Below, piece after piece: positions 1 through 12,281 of a DNA stretch of 64,000 nt (its first letter is position 1; each line of letters starts with the position of its first letter). This DNA is from Ranitomeya imitator (Eukaryota): positions 441,812,001-441,876,000 of the forward strand of contig NC_091287.1 in NCBI RefSeq assembly GCF_032444005.1. The letters are read 5' to 3'. Under the pieces are notes generated by a model, which ran no database searches, was not told the origin of the DNA, and saw only the letters and a list, made by a program, of their open reading frames with translations. The translations under genes were made by a program, and so were the position numbers.

Positions 1-410
1 TTCACAGACGTTTACAACGCAGAGCCGTGAAAATAAAAAATCATTTTTCTTTCCTCAAAAATGATGTTTTAGCAAGCATTTTTTTATTTTCACAAGGGTA
101 ACAGGAGAAATTGGACCCCAGTAATTGTTGCGCAGTTTATCCTGAGTATGCTGGTACCCCATATGTGGGGGTAAACCACTGTTTGGGCACACGTCAGGGC
201 TCGGAATTGAGGGAGCACCATTTGACTTTTTGAATACAAGATTGGCTGGAATCAATGGTGGCGCCATGTTGCGTTTGGAGACCCCTAATGTGCCTAAACA
301 GTGGTAAACCCTCAATTCTAACTCCAACACTAACCCCAACACACCCCTAACCCTAATCCCAACTGTAGCCATAACCCTAATCAGACCCCCAATTCCAACC
401 CTAACCCTAA

Positions 411-700
411 GGCTATGTGCCCACGTTGCGGATTCGTGTAAGATTTTTCAGCATCATTTTTGAAAAATCCGCGGGTAAAAGGCACTGCGTTTTACCTGCG
501 GATTTTCCACGGATTTCCAGTGTTTTTTGTGCGGATTTCATCTGCGGATTCCGCACAGTATTTTCCGCACCATGGGCACAGCGGATTTGGTTTTCCATAG
601 GTTTACTTGGTACTGTAAACCTGATGGAACACTGCTGCGAATCCGCAGCGGCCAATCCGCTGCGGATCCGCAGCCAAATCCGCACCGTGTGCACATAGCC
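411..700. mobile_element. Harbinger/Tourist-like MITE
   Basis: TIR ggctatgtgc...gcacatagcc; TAA at 408-410 and 701-703; internally palindromic. Confidence 0.8.
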
Positions 701-710
701 TAATTCTAAA

Positions 711-1052
711 GGTATGTGCACACGCTGAGGAAAACGCTGCGGATCCGCAGCAGTTTCCCATGAGTTTACAGTTCAATGTAAACCTATGGGAAACAAAAAT
801 CGCTGTACACATGCTGCAGAAAAACTGCACGGAAACGCAGCGGTTTACATTCCGCAGCATGTCTCTTCTTTCTGCGGATTCCGCAGCGGTTTTACAACTG
901 CTCCAATAGAAAACCGCAGTTGTAAAACCGCAGTGAAATGCGCAGAAAAAACATGGTAAATCCGCCATAAATCCGCAGCGGTTTAGCACTGCGGATTTAT
1001 CAAATCCGCAGCGGAAAAATCCGCAGAGGACCAGAATACGTGTGCACATACC
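711..1052. mobile_element. Harbinger/Tourist-like MITE
   Basis: TIR ggtatgtgcacacg...cgtgtgcacatacc; many internal ccgcag/ctgcgg inverted motifs. Confidence 0.75.
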
Positions 1053-1056
1053 AAAG

Positions 1057-1116
1057 CCCTAACCCTAGCCCTAACCCTAGCCCTAACCCTAGCCCTAACC
1101 CTAGCCCTAACCCTAC
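1057..1116. repeat. Telomere-like tract (CCCTAA CCCTAG)n
   Basis: Ten hexamers alternating CCCTAA and CCCTAG; degenerate CCCTAA units also at 330-410. Confidence 0.85.
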
Positions 1117-1502
1117 CCCTATTCTAACATTAGTGGAAAAAAAAATTCTATATTTTTTTTATTGTCCCTACCTATGGGGGTGACAAAGGGGGGGGGGGGG
1201 GTCATTTATCATTTTTTTATTTAGAGCTGCTTTATGGCGCTTGTCCGACCTAATCGCAAATAAACCTTTAGATGTTTGGCATAAGCCTGTAAAACCAAGA
1301 AAGGCTGGAAGGTTGTTGTACCCGTTGTACTTTTACTTACTAGAAAGTTGGAAAAACGAAAATATAGTTATTTTGAGAAGTAGAAGGGGAAAAAAAAGTG
1401 AAATTAGATCTAGAGAAAGCCTGGAAATGGTTATAGGAAATACAAAACTAAAAGTGTATAAAAAAAAACATAGTTAAAACATTTGCAGCTAACAAGTCCT
1501 AC

Positions 1503-1547
1503 CTTGAAGAGCCTCTGACAAGTTATAGCGGAAATCCTTTGCCTTGG
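1503..1547 (-). CDS. ASPH: ASPH 45-nt cassette exon, (A)KAKDFRYNLSEALQ(G)
   Basis: Minus strand reads cag|CCAAGGCAAAGGATTTCCGCTATAACTTGTCAGAGGCTCTTCAAG|gtagg. 45 nt, phase 1-1; matches the AKAKDFRYNLSEVLQG insert of mammalian ASPH/junctate isoforms. Confidence 0.95.
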
Positions 1548-2375
1548 CTGCATGTGTGAATAAATATAAAAATCTGTATAATACATTACTTATAACCAAG
1601 ATGGTACTGACAATTTCATTTTATAAATGGGATTAACACAGAGCAAAAGAAAACAAAACCACACAGCACTGCCTAATGCCATCATTGCCATAAAATAGGG
1701 TCTTCCAGCAGGCGTCTGGTGGTCTCTTGGGAGAGCATCTTAAAATCTGTTTCTTACATGGCTTCACTGCATTGAATCTCAACAAAATATAAAAAAAAAA
1801 AAAAATTGGGAGTAAATTTTGATAATGTCACGTACTAGTGTTCATTAATTTAAAGAGGTTGCCTGGTTACAGATATTGATGACCTAGCCATAGAATTGGA
1901 TATTAAACCCTTCACGACATATGACATACATATACGTCATGTATCACCTTTTATGAGGGCTCCGAGCCCGCATCTTTTCCAGCACATGACAGATGATTTG
2001 ATCAGCTGTCGTGTGCCCCACAACGGCCACAGGTGGAATCGCGATCCACCCGCGGCTATTAATTAGGCAAATGCCGCTGCCAATCTCGTCACCTTTATAT
2101 GCTGTTATATGCTCCAGAGACCACAGGATGTCAACACTTTGAACTGAGCTGCAGAGCACAGCTCCATTTAAGGTGCAGGGACTTTGGGGGTGCTGCAGAA
2201 CAGCTCCTATAATTTTTTTTTTTTTACAGCTCGGTACAATGAATTTACATTTGGCAGACACCAGATCATGTACCAGCTGATCCGTGGGGGGTGCATGGTG
2301 CCAGACCCTCATCAATCTGATATTCATGAACTATTCAATGGATAACGGATCAATAGGTGTGATCAGACAATGGCT

Positions 2376-2944
2376 TTAAAGGGAACCCGTCAGTTGATGC
2401 ATGCTGCCCAAACTCTGGGCAGCACGAATCAGCCACTGGCTGTAGTATATCCCAGCCATGTAAGTTTGTCTCTGAAAAGCTGNNNNNNNNNNNNNNNNNN
2501 NNNNNNNNNNNNNNNNNNNNNNNNNNNNNNNNNNNNNNNNNNNNNNNNNNNNNNNNNNNNNNNNNNNNNNNNNNNNNNNNNNNNNNNNNNNNNNNNNNNN
2601 NNNNNNNNNNNNNNNNNNNNNNNNNNNNNNNNNNNNCTGTAGGTGTGTTAACATATAGGCGGGTCTTCAGTGGTTTCTCCCCGCCCACTGACAGTGACTG
2701 ACAAGCCTCTACCTATATGCGCACAAAGACAGAAGCTTGCCAGTCACGGTCAGCGGTGGAGAAAAGCCACCAGGGACCCCTCACCTGTACGACTAGTGCA
2801 CACTGCGACTCGGTCACCGGTGGCTATTAAAAGTATGTTTTTCTCTGAAAGACCACAGCATAACCTACATGGCAGAGACTCTACAGTGGCTGATACAGGT
2901 TACCCACAGTTTGGAGCAAGTATCGGCTGACAGGTTCCCCTTAT
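2376..2944. mobile_element. T2/Kolobok-type palindromic MITE spanning the assembly gap
   Basis: Starts ttaa|agggaacccgtca and ends tgacaggttcccct|ta. Confidence 0.65.
2483..2636. other. Assembly gap (154 N)
   Basis: Run of N. Confidence 1.
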
Positions 2945-3163
2945 GCCAACTCATAACATAATTGTTATATAAAGATTTATTGATCCACGTCTATTTTTTC
3001 ATTTTTACCTGGAATTTATCTTCATGTAATGGTTGATTCAGGTTTCCTCACCTCCAAAACAATTTGTATATTATATGGGCTTGTAAAATGGGAGGACAGC
3101 AAGAGATATTGATTCAACTTCCCCATCCCCCCCCCCCAAAAAAAAGGAGCAAAATCTTGAATA

Positions 3164-3191
3164 TCTAATATATAAAGGGGTGTGGGGGTGT

Positions 3192-3240
<49 letters not shown>

Positions 3241-5169
3241 CGTGTGTCCGGGATTGGCATCTCCACCGTCGCAGCTACAGCCACAAAATTTTGCACAGTC
3301 ACACGTCTGGACCCTGAGAGCGTCATAGGCTACGTTGTGAGGTGAAATTTTAACCCCGCGCGTTCCAATTCACCAAATAATTTTGCCCCTATCTACATAA
3401 TGGGGAAAAAGTGAAAGGAAAAGTGTAGGAGGCAAATTGACAGCTGCCAGATGTGAACAAGGGGGACTTAAAGAATGAGAGCGATGGAGCCAAAGAGTAT
3501 ATACCGTACAGTTGCTAAGGTGGGGCCCCGACATGGGATACTCACCACACACGGGGATATGAACACACACACAAAATGCGCCACACACTACCACATGCTT
3601 GAACACATATCACCCTCAGCACACATTTCACCACACATACACCAACCTCGCCACATAAAAGTCGAAACACAATAGTCGCTACTCAAAACTCGCCACACAC
3701 AAAACTAGGCTCACGCAAAACTCGTTACACGTGCAAAACTCACCTCATGGAAAACTCGCCACACACAAAACTTGCACACGTGGAAAAATTGCCACATGCA
3801 CAAAAGTTGCAACACATGCAAAAGTTGCCTCACACAGAACTTGCACATACTCAAAAAGCACCACACATAAAAATCGCCACACGCAAAACTTGCTGCACTA
3901 ACCTGTCACATGCAACTCGACACACAAAAAGTTGCTACACGCATGTCGCCACAAAAAACTCATCTCACAAAAGTCGCTACATGCATGTCGCCACCTGCAA
4001 CTCAACACACACAACTTGACAAACGAAACTCGCCCTAAAACACACACAAGTCTGGTATTATCCTTCAAAAATAAAAATCTGATTAATAAGCAGACAAACT
4101 ACAAGAGCAACAAATGTACCATATAGGAAATAAGGCAGCTGTCAGTCACATGACCTTTCTATTATGTGTATGTGTGAGCTAATATATACTGCCAGGGGGA
4201 GGGCTTCCTGTTGGCTGGGGATTTATCAGGCTGCCAATTTAGCTTACAAATACGGAGGTAAAAATACTGAGCAAATAACGTGTGAACGAGGTCTAATACA
4301 GGAGGAGATGACACACAGATATATACTATATACAGGGGAGATGACACAGGTATATACTATATACAGGAGAGATGACACAGGTATATACTATATACAGGGG
4401 AGATGACATGTATATACTATATACAGGAGCAGATGACAGGTATATACTATATACAGGAGGAGATGACATACAGGTACATACTATATACAGGAGGAGATGA
4501 CATACAGGTATATACTATATAGAGGAGGAGATGACATACAGGTACATACTATATACAGGGGAGATGACACATGTATATACTATATACAGGAGCAGATGAC
4601 ACAGGTATATACTATATACAGGAGGCGAGGACACCGGTATATACCATATACAGGAGCAGATGACACACAGGTATAAACTATATACAGGAGGAGATGACAT
4701 ACACTTATATACTATATACAGGAGATGACATACAGTTATATACTATATACAGGAGGAGTTGACACATGGGTATATACAATATACAGGAGGAGATTACATA
4801 CAGCAGGTATATACTATTTACAGGGGAGAGGACAAACAGGTATATACTATATACAGGAGATGACATACAGGTGTATACTATATATAACGGAGATGACAAA
4901 CGTGTATACTGAGGGGAATATGAGAGGTGTGAGGTGAAAATGAGAGGAATGAGGGAAAATAGTGGAGTGATCGGAAAACGACAGGTGTGAGGTCGAAATG
5001 ACAAGTGTTAGGGGGGAATGAGAGGAGTAAGGGGGGAATGAGAGGAGGGGGAAAATAAGAGGAGTGAGTGGGGAAAATGAGAGGTGTGATGGGAAAATGA
5101 GAGAAGTGAGGTGCTATAACAAACCACAGATATTTACTATGCCCAGGCAACACCGGGCTTTTCAGCTAG
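3164..5169 (+). mobile_element. Non-autonomous Helitron with (GT)n and a ~34-bp internal minisatellite
   Basis: 5' a|TCTAATATATAAAG; 3' hairpin gcccaggcaacaccgggc followed by ttttcagCTAG; no TSD. Tandem gagatgacatacaggtatatactatatacaggag units at ~4300-4900. Confidence 0.75.
3194..3237. repeat. (GT)n microsatellite
   Basis: About 22 GT units. Confidence 0.95.
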
Positions 5170-5265
5170 ATAAAGAATAAAATTAATAATAGCGTCAGTA
5201 AACCTAAACCAAAATAATAATACAAAAATACAATAATCAGTTAGAGAAATAACCAGAGTTCTTAC

Positions 5266-5412
5266 CAAGAATTTCTTCATAGTCTACAAGATCAAACCAC
5301 ACGACGGCAACAGATGTCCAAACCCCGAGCAGAGCAATAACCATGAACCAGGTGAAGAAGGAGCTGCCGGACAGGCCTTCCTTTTTCCCATTTTTACCAC
5401 CATGTTTTTGGT
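5266..5412 (-). CDS. ASPH: ASPH exon 2 (cytosolic tail and transmembrane helix)
   Basis: Pyrimidine tract and ccaacag acceptor, g|gtaag donor, 147 nt, phase 1-1. Translates (D)QKHGGKNGKKEGLSGSSFFTWFMVIALLGVWTSVAVVWFDLVDYEEIL, near-identical to the ASPH/junctin TM region. Confidence 0.97.
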
Positions 5413-7478
5413 CTGTTGGAAAAGAATAGAGTAAGAAAAAAAATTGTTAGAACAGGAACACACGATAAAAAGACTTCATATGGTTTATTTTTTTAGAAGA
5501 GCGACAGCACGACTCTTCAGGATCTGGATCACCTTGCTCAATGACTTATCATAGCATTACCCATCTCTTATAGTCTAATAGTCTATAGTAATGTTGTACC
5601 TTGCTTGTATTAGACCTACAATAAATTGTGTAACCGGCTGAATGAACTCGGCACGAAGGGATGCAAAATATATGGAATCCCTTCCAAAAATAAATGGCAA
5701 ATTTCATTTTAAGTGGAAGTATTAAAATGAACATATGATATCTATAAAGAACAGGCCCAATTCACTGGGTGTACATAAAGACCAAAAAAACGCACCCTGA
5801 CAGGCAGGAAACATTTTATGTACAGTCCCAGACCACTCTTGACCCCAAAGAAGGGTGAAGAAGCTCCAATGTCAAATCAGTTTAAAAATAGAGAGGAAAG
5901 GCTCAGGGATGAGCACAACCGTTTCGCAGTGACGGCTCCAGCAAGAGCCACAGACACCAATGATTTTCACAGTCTTGCGATCAATAATCAACAATAGCTT
6001 TGTGGCTTAAGTTTGTTTTTACAATAATAGTAAATGATTGATATATATATATATATAAATATATACACACACACAAAAAAAATTAAAAAAAATAAATAAA
6101 AAATCACCCTACATAAAAGCTGCTAATTTTAATCTCACATATGTATTTCAATGTTTCTAGAGGTTCTCAGACCTCACAATATGTCAGATAAAGCACAGAT
6201 CATGGGTGCTAACAATATACTGGATTATGCTATTTCCTGTTGTTATCAGCCAGAGCGGGTGACCGAAAAGTTACAAACGTAGAGCAGGCATAAAGAAGGC
6301 ATATAACATTAGGTTTAATATTCCTATTTATTCTAGGGTTGAAATATTAACAAGTGTACATTATTTTCTGGAAAGGCAGTAAAGATCACCATATGTGGCA
6401 GTAACACAGATCTCACAGAGGCCGGGCTGTCAACACGGAGAATTTTACTCTCAATACCACGCAAGCGAGTTCTGAGGACAAAGAAGTACTTTTGTCACAG
6501 ACAACTATAGCCGACAGCAACGTACCCTCTCACAGAAAATAACAAAATTCTGTAACCTTATACATTCCAACAGTTATTAGAAATAAAAACAGAGGGGGGG
6601 AAAAAAAAAACCAAAAAAAATATATATATAATTTACTTTATATATTTTTATACAAATAATAAAAACAACAACACTAACACGCACAATACATAGCGAAATT
6701 AATACAATATAAAAAATATATACCCTATATACAAGAGTATAAACCGACCCGAGTATAAGCCGAGGCACCTACTGGGTAAGCTTATTGACTCGAGTATAAG
6801 CCGGATATGCATTGTCCCCCTCATCCCTGTCCTACTATATGTGGCTCCCCCTGTCCTGGTATGGCTACGTTCACATTAGCGTTGCGTCGGGGGCAGCCCT
6901 ATATTTAACATGGGGGGGCGCATGGACATGCGTTGCTCTTGCGTTTTGTGACGCATGCGTCCCTATGGCGCAACCGTCAGGGCGCAGAGGACGCTGCATG
7001 ATGCAGTTTTTTCTGCGCCAAAAACCATGAAAAAATGAACGCATGCGACTCACAATGGCTAAACATCCGTTGAAGATTCTATCAATACTATTACAAACTG
7101 TATTTTCCCAAGGAGTGTAAAATACAAGAAAAACCTTGTATCCTTTCAGCCTAGAAAGCCCCTTAAATGCTGGCTATATCAGACTTCAGGTTAGACCGTG
7201 CATTGCAGCTTATTTTGTTGTAAAGCGGTGTTGTCCAGCGCTGAAAGTTTATAAGGGGCATCAGAAATTACCGATGTTCAACTGGGAAGCCTTAGGTTCG
7301 GTGCCCGTGGATGTTATGTGACACACACAGCCCACCTAAACATTTCTGCAGATCAAGAAAGCCCCCTTTCACCAATACCCATTACCCTCTGTTAGGAGAC
7401 TCATCAGGAGAATGCTTCCTGCCACACTGGAAAAGTTTTAAGGACTGGTTTGAAGATCATGAATCATCCTAACTGATA

Positions 7479-7988
7479 TTAAAGGGCTGAACCGAAACTA
7501 AAATGTATTTGAATCCTAAATGCCTAATTAAATATCATAATCTAATCTTTTTAATTACTTTAAATTAAAAAGTTATATTGCTCCTTCACTACTCTAACTG
7601 CTGTATTCATTTATTTTTTGACTACCGTACTTCTTCTTTGATAACACTTTGTTTGAGAATCCCAGTGCATGAAATCAGGGGGTATCAGTGATGTCCGTTT
7701 CAGGGTCTGAGCTAGTCCCTGTGTTACTGAGCATGCATCAATTGTGAATTCTGAGGAACGATCAGTAGGATCTTGTCAATAGTAACAGTGCACTCGCTCT
7801 GATAAGTAACAAGCCAGCAACAGAGTGCACTGTCAGCGCATGTTGTAAGAAGGATACTCTGTGTGTTAGAAAAGCAGAGACCAACACCTCCCCCACAAGT
7901 GAAGTGATGCACTGGGATTCTGAAACAAAGAGTCAAAGAGGAAGTAGTAAAAAAATAAAGCAGTTTGTGTAGTGAGGGAACCTTTTAA
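7479..7988. mobile_element. Degenerate T2-type fold-back MITE
   Basis: ttaaaggg start and ccttttaa end; inverted pair cttcttctttga...gaatcccagtgca / tgcactgggattc...tcaaagaggaag. Confidence 0.5.
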
Positions 7989-10711
7989 TTAAAGTATATC
8001 AGAAGAGAGTTTAAAGATGACAATAGATAGGCATTTAGGATTATATAAATTATAGTTTTCGGACCGACCCTTTAACCAAAGCAGAGAGACAACCGCAGCT
8101 CTCCAAATTCAGAATGATAGGAATTGCTTACTTTCACAAACATCTTTGTGTGAATTAGTGGTAAAGAATAAATTGCGCTTAAACATATTTGTACTCAGGA
8201 ACTTTGGCTGGCTCTGCTTATTTTCTTTGTTACACTTCATGCAGCCCAATCCTTCTCTCCTCAGAGTCACGAATGCAGATATGCAATGAGCTGGCACCGT
8301 GAACATGCAAGAATTACAAAGGGTGCAATCGCCATGAGGATATCCGCTTCATGCTGCAAATTTCAGGACATTTCACTTCACCAGTGAAAATTGTCTTATA
8401 TATTTCCTTTGTGCGTACATTCCCACATGGCATTTCAGCTGCAAAATTCCTTCCGTAGAAATGTCACCGCGCTAAATACTGCAGAAAATATTGACGCAAA
8501 ATTGGTTTGATAAAGTCGATATTTAGGTATACATCTTCCTCTGGCTAGGAGCTAAGCACTTATGATAAATGAGTATTCAGATGAAACAGCAGGGGCTCGC
8601 AGCTGCTACTTTCTCAGGTAACATATTTCCCTTCCTGTTTTATCACAGGAGCGAGTGTTTCTGCTGCATTGCCAGCCCTCTGAGCTCATCATAAATGACA
8701 TCATAAGCTCAATGGCCGCTGGATCACTGACTTGATTTAGGATGACCCGAGCTGGAGACGTGGCAAAAACACTGGCTCCTGTGATAAAACAGGCAAGCAA
8801 AGGTGCTACCTCAAAAAGCAGCAGCTTGTGAGCCGCTGTTTAGTCTGTTTACTCACTTTTAAGGGACTTATACTTCCTCCCCTGCCCAGAAGCTGTAGTA
8901 TATATCAATCATGTACTGCAGCGCATGATCAGGCAAAGCAGGGGCACATGTATTCACTTATCTCAGCACAGGAATTTATTTATTTTTTTTTTTGTTTACA
9001 CACCCAATAGTGGAACTTATTATTATTCAGATCTATCGATTAAAATGTACTTGGTTCATAAGACAACCCCATGAATTACATTTGCTTATTATGGTGCAAG
9101 CGGGCAAAGACGTGACAAATGTATCTGGATAAAGTATCACGAGTGAAGAAACAAAAAATTACTCAACTTCTTACAAAAATGTGCCAGCCAGTAAGCACAG
9201 ACACAAAAAGGTCAGGTTTTTTATTTCTTCGACCCTTGACTTTATAAAGAATTGTTTCGGCGCGGTGTATTTTGCTGACTGATGGAGAACGCTCTGCTTT
9301 CATGATGCTATTTTGACATAAGCAGCCAATCTGCCAGCAAATGTAACATCAGAAGACGCCGTTCTAATTTTAATTTTCTTCCTAGTCCCATTAAAAAAAA
9401 ACAAAAAAACAAGGATGATGCGATATAGATCGAGAAGATCAAAATCATCTAATTTTCAAAGTCTTTGATCAGCAGAACTGAGGATTCAATCTAAAGACCC
9501 AAATAGAAGACGACACCATTCGGAGGAGCAAGTTATGGAGAGCCTTCCACGTGGAGCGCCAGCTATGCATGGGAATGTGCCCCAAGGCTCGACCTGTACC
9601 CTCATGTAAAAACAAGAAAGCAATAGGAGATATCAAATGAACTAAAACAGTTGTGGCTTGTGTGACTGGAGAAGAGCGGGGGCCCATAGGTGGCCATCGG
9701 CCACCAAACCTTTAACCTATAGATTTATGGACTGCAGACTGTTTATTCTAACTTTATCTTCTCGGATCCTCGATATAAAGCCAGTTTGATGGACTACGTA
9801 GCACACAACATAACTGGCTGGAGTGCTCTTCCTCCAAGCCTGGCTGGTAACCTAACCACTTATATGAGGTTATAGATCTATAGTACCTGTATCCTCCATC
9901 ATGCTGTCAGCTTTCTTCACCCACGAACATCAGCCAAATAAATTGTTCCAGAAAATCACTCTGCTTCTTCTGACTGATAAAACCCAAGACGAGACCCAGT
10001 GTCCCCCATCCGGCAGGGGTGGAATGGCTCTGCACAGTTAAGTCAGCTGGATTCCGAAACTAGACCTGCCCAGCAAAGCTGCTGAATATCTATTATTAGT
10101 CCTGCCTTCCAAAGCCAAACTCTTGCAGGCACTCATATGGAAATCCTGGGCTATGGAACAAGTGCTCTGCACAGCCTTAACTCCTTCATGGCCACAGACA
10201 AAGGCGAAGTCCTAGGAGACGGCGACATCAAGCGAGAGCACGCCACTGTAGTGCACACACCTTGCAGCAGACGATGACAGACCCGGTCAATCAGCTCTGC
10301 ACCATATAATCCATAACTATTTGGAGAGGGAATTAGAGCGGGCTGCAGGACAGCTGGCTCCAGACCACAGATTCCAGCAATCCATTTACTGGGAAAGAGC
10401 ATCGATTAAGCAGCAGCCGTGGCAGAATCTGCCCAGAATTAAACGCTCTGCTGGCATTTTATTTTGCCAGTCTAAACAATCAATCAACAATGAAAGATAT
10501 AAAAGGGAAATACAGCCAGACGTCTAGATTTCAACCAATGCAGCAGATATAGTTGTTCTGGCTTAGAACTGGAAGTCCAGTACTAGGGCCATCAATATCA
10601 AATTGGTGGGGGTTTGATACCTGGCAGCGAAGAGCCACAGTGCCGGCTGGATATAAACTGTATACAAAGCTGGAACAGCAGAGCTCTGCGCACCGTGTAG
10701 AGGACATTCTC

Positions 10712-11090
10712 AATAATTATTATTATTATTATAATAGTAATGGCCTTCAGCTTGATCTCGAGCCATGGCAACTTGATGGATGAATCCTCTGTAGGAAGAT
10801 CGCTCTTGTGCAAGCCTTGATAGGTCCACCAGGGCCACCCCAGCCGTTATCTTGAGTCTATCAAGACATCCGTTTGCTAGTCTTCATCTTCACCTTGTTC
10901 CTTCTACTCTTCCGTCCATGATGTCCTTCTCCAGTAATTAGACATCATAAGAGAGCAAAGTAGGCAAGTTGTAGCTTAGTAATCCTTTGCTTTGAGTGAC
11001 ATGTCTGGCTTGATCTGTTCCAAAATTGATTTGCTTGTTCTTCTTGCCATCCATGGTATTGATAACATCCTTCTCCAGCACCACACCTCA
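10712..11090 (-). mobile_element. RTE-clade LINE 3' fragment
   Basis: Minus-strand translation gives VWCWRRMLSIPWMARRTSKSILEQIKPDMSL and LEKDIMDGRVEGTR, typical of the RTE C-terminus; (TAA)n tail at ~10712-10740. Confidence 0.8.
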
Positions 11091-11659
11091 CAGTAGACTG
11101 ATGTGAATGGGAGCTGAGCTACAGTATGTAAGATCAGTACTGGCTCTGCCAGGATGTGTGCAGTCAGTGGTATTGTGCATCTGTCCTACTCATTAGAATA
11201 GGATTGGTGCACAAAATCCGACAGCTGCTGTGCACATCCAGCAAGGCACCTTTCAACACAATGTCATCCGACCCTTCCATCTCTGAATGCAAAAGTGAGA
11301 GGTGTCAGAGAACCCAATAAATATAGATGCACAAGATACCTAGCTGAAAGTGCTGCTTACTGGCATATGAGGTGTCCACTACCTGTCAAAGAACCAGAAT
11401 GATCAGGACACTTCGTCACAGGGATGCGCCCTGAGGGGACGTTTCCCAACATGACTGTTCATATTTATTATTACCGTAAGTTTTCTATTACGTGTCAGCA
11501 TTGTGGAAATCTTAAAAAAAAAAAAAAAAGTGTTGCTGGGAACCTAGGCCCATAGGAGTAACCAGAGGCTTGCAGAAAAAAAAAAAAATTATAGAAACTT
11601 GATTCCAGCTCACCCAGTTGCTCTATGGTCATCCACCTGAGGCTCAGACACCGGCCTCG

Positions 11660-11833
11660 CCCTGGCCTCACATCAAGGAAAATAGATACAAATTGGAGTC
11701 CGGCTCAACACGACTGGATTTTCCTTTTCTTTTTCAAAAGAAAATATAGTGCATACAAAAGAAAATATTTACATGGTCGACATGACCCAGTCAACGCGCT
11801 TCGACTGCACTAGGCAGTCCTACTCATGAGTAA
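11660..11833 (-). mobile_element. Penelope-like pLTR fragment with a degenerate hammerhead motif
   Basis: Minus strand reads CTCATGA GTAG GACTGC-ctagt-GCAGTC GAAG CGCGTTG: a perfect 6-bp stem II with mutated CUGANGA and GAAA boxes and the Penelope-type CGCG palindrome. Confidence 0.55.
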
Positions 11834-12281
11834 TGTAGAGGAGCTGCGGAGACACCATCACGTGTTTCTCAACGCAGGCAGTGAATAGCCAGGCCTTTCC
11901 CCGGTAAGGAACAACCAAGGGAAGGGCAGCATCCAATAAAGGAAAACATCCACTAAAGGAAAACCACCTATGCCAAGCATGGTATCCATCCACAGACAGC
12001 TGTTTCAGGGTTTTTGCCCCTCATCAGTGTGAAGTAGGAAACTGGCTATCAGGAGCAGTGCCTAGTAGAAAGTCTATAAAGGCACGGATGATTGACCTCG
12101 TTGAGACCAAAACATCCAACACCGCGGAGACACCATCACGTGTTTCTCAACGCAGTGATCCAGAAGACTGCCCCCAAATATGCAAATGCATGTAGAGAAG
12201 CTGCGGAGACACCATCACGTGTTTCTCAACGCAGGCAGTGAATAGCCAGGCCTTTCCCCGGGAAGGAACAACCAAGGGAAG
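11834..12281 (-). repeat. ~1.25 units of a 357-bp hammerhead-bearing repeat (satellite-2 / non-LTR retrozyme type)
   Basis: gctgcggagacaccatcacgtgtttctcaacgcaggcagtgaatagccaggcc at 11843 and 12200; third core copy at ~12124; octamer ATGCAAAT at 12180-12187; hammerhead inside. Confidence 0.8.
11989..12033 (-). ncRNA. Type I minimal hammerhead ribozyme
   Basis: UUCACA CUGAUGA GGGG-caaaaa-CCCU GAA ACAGCUGU C/ UGUGGA: full catalytic core, 6-bp stem I, 4-bp stem II, palindromic stem III, GUC cleavage triplet. Confidence 0.85.

Larger units (their letters stand above)
1..1215. mobile_element. Internal fragment of a large non-autonomous DNA transposon family (piggyBac-like TTAA/CCCTT group), split by two MITEs
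   Basis: 1-245 aligns by eye with 51650-51895 (agagccgtgaaaataaaaa...cctgagtatgc...catttgacttttt). The CCCTAA/CCCTAG tract also recurs inside the TTAA-flanked element at 49324-49355. Confidence 0.5.

Noticed and set aside
5882-5891. MEF2 consensus TTAAAAATAG near exon 2
   Set aside because: Expected by chance in AT-rich DNA; no adjacent first exon found.
11250-11280. Phase-1 mini-exon candidate MEGSDDIVLK|gtgcct
   Set aside because: Weak donor, no promoter features, no resemblance to known ASPH first exons.
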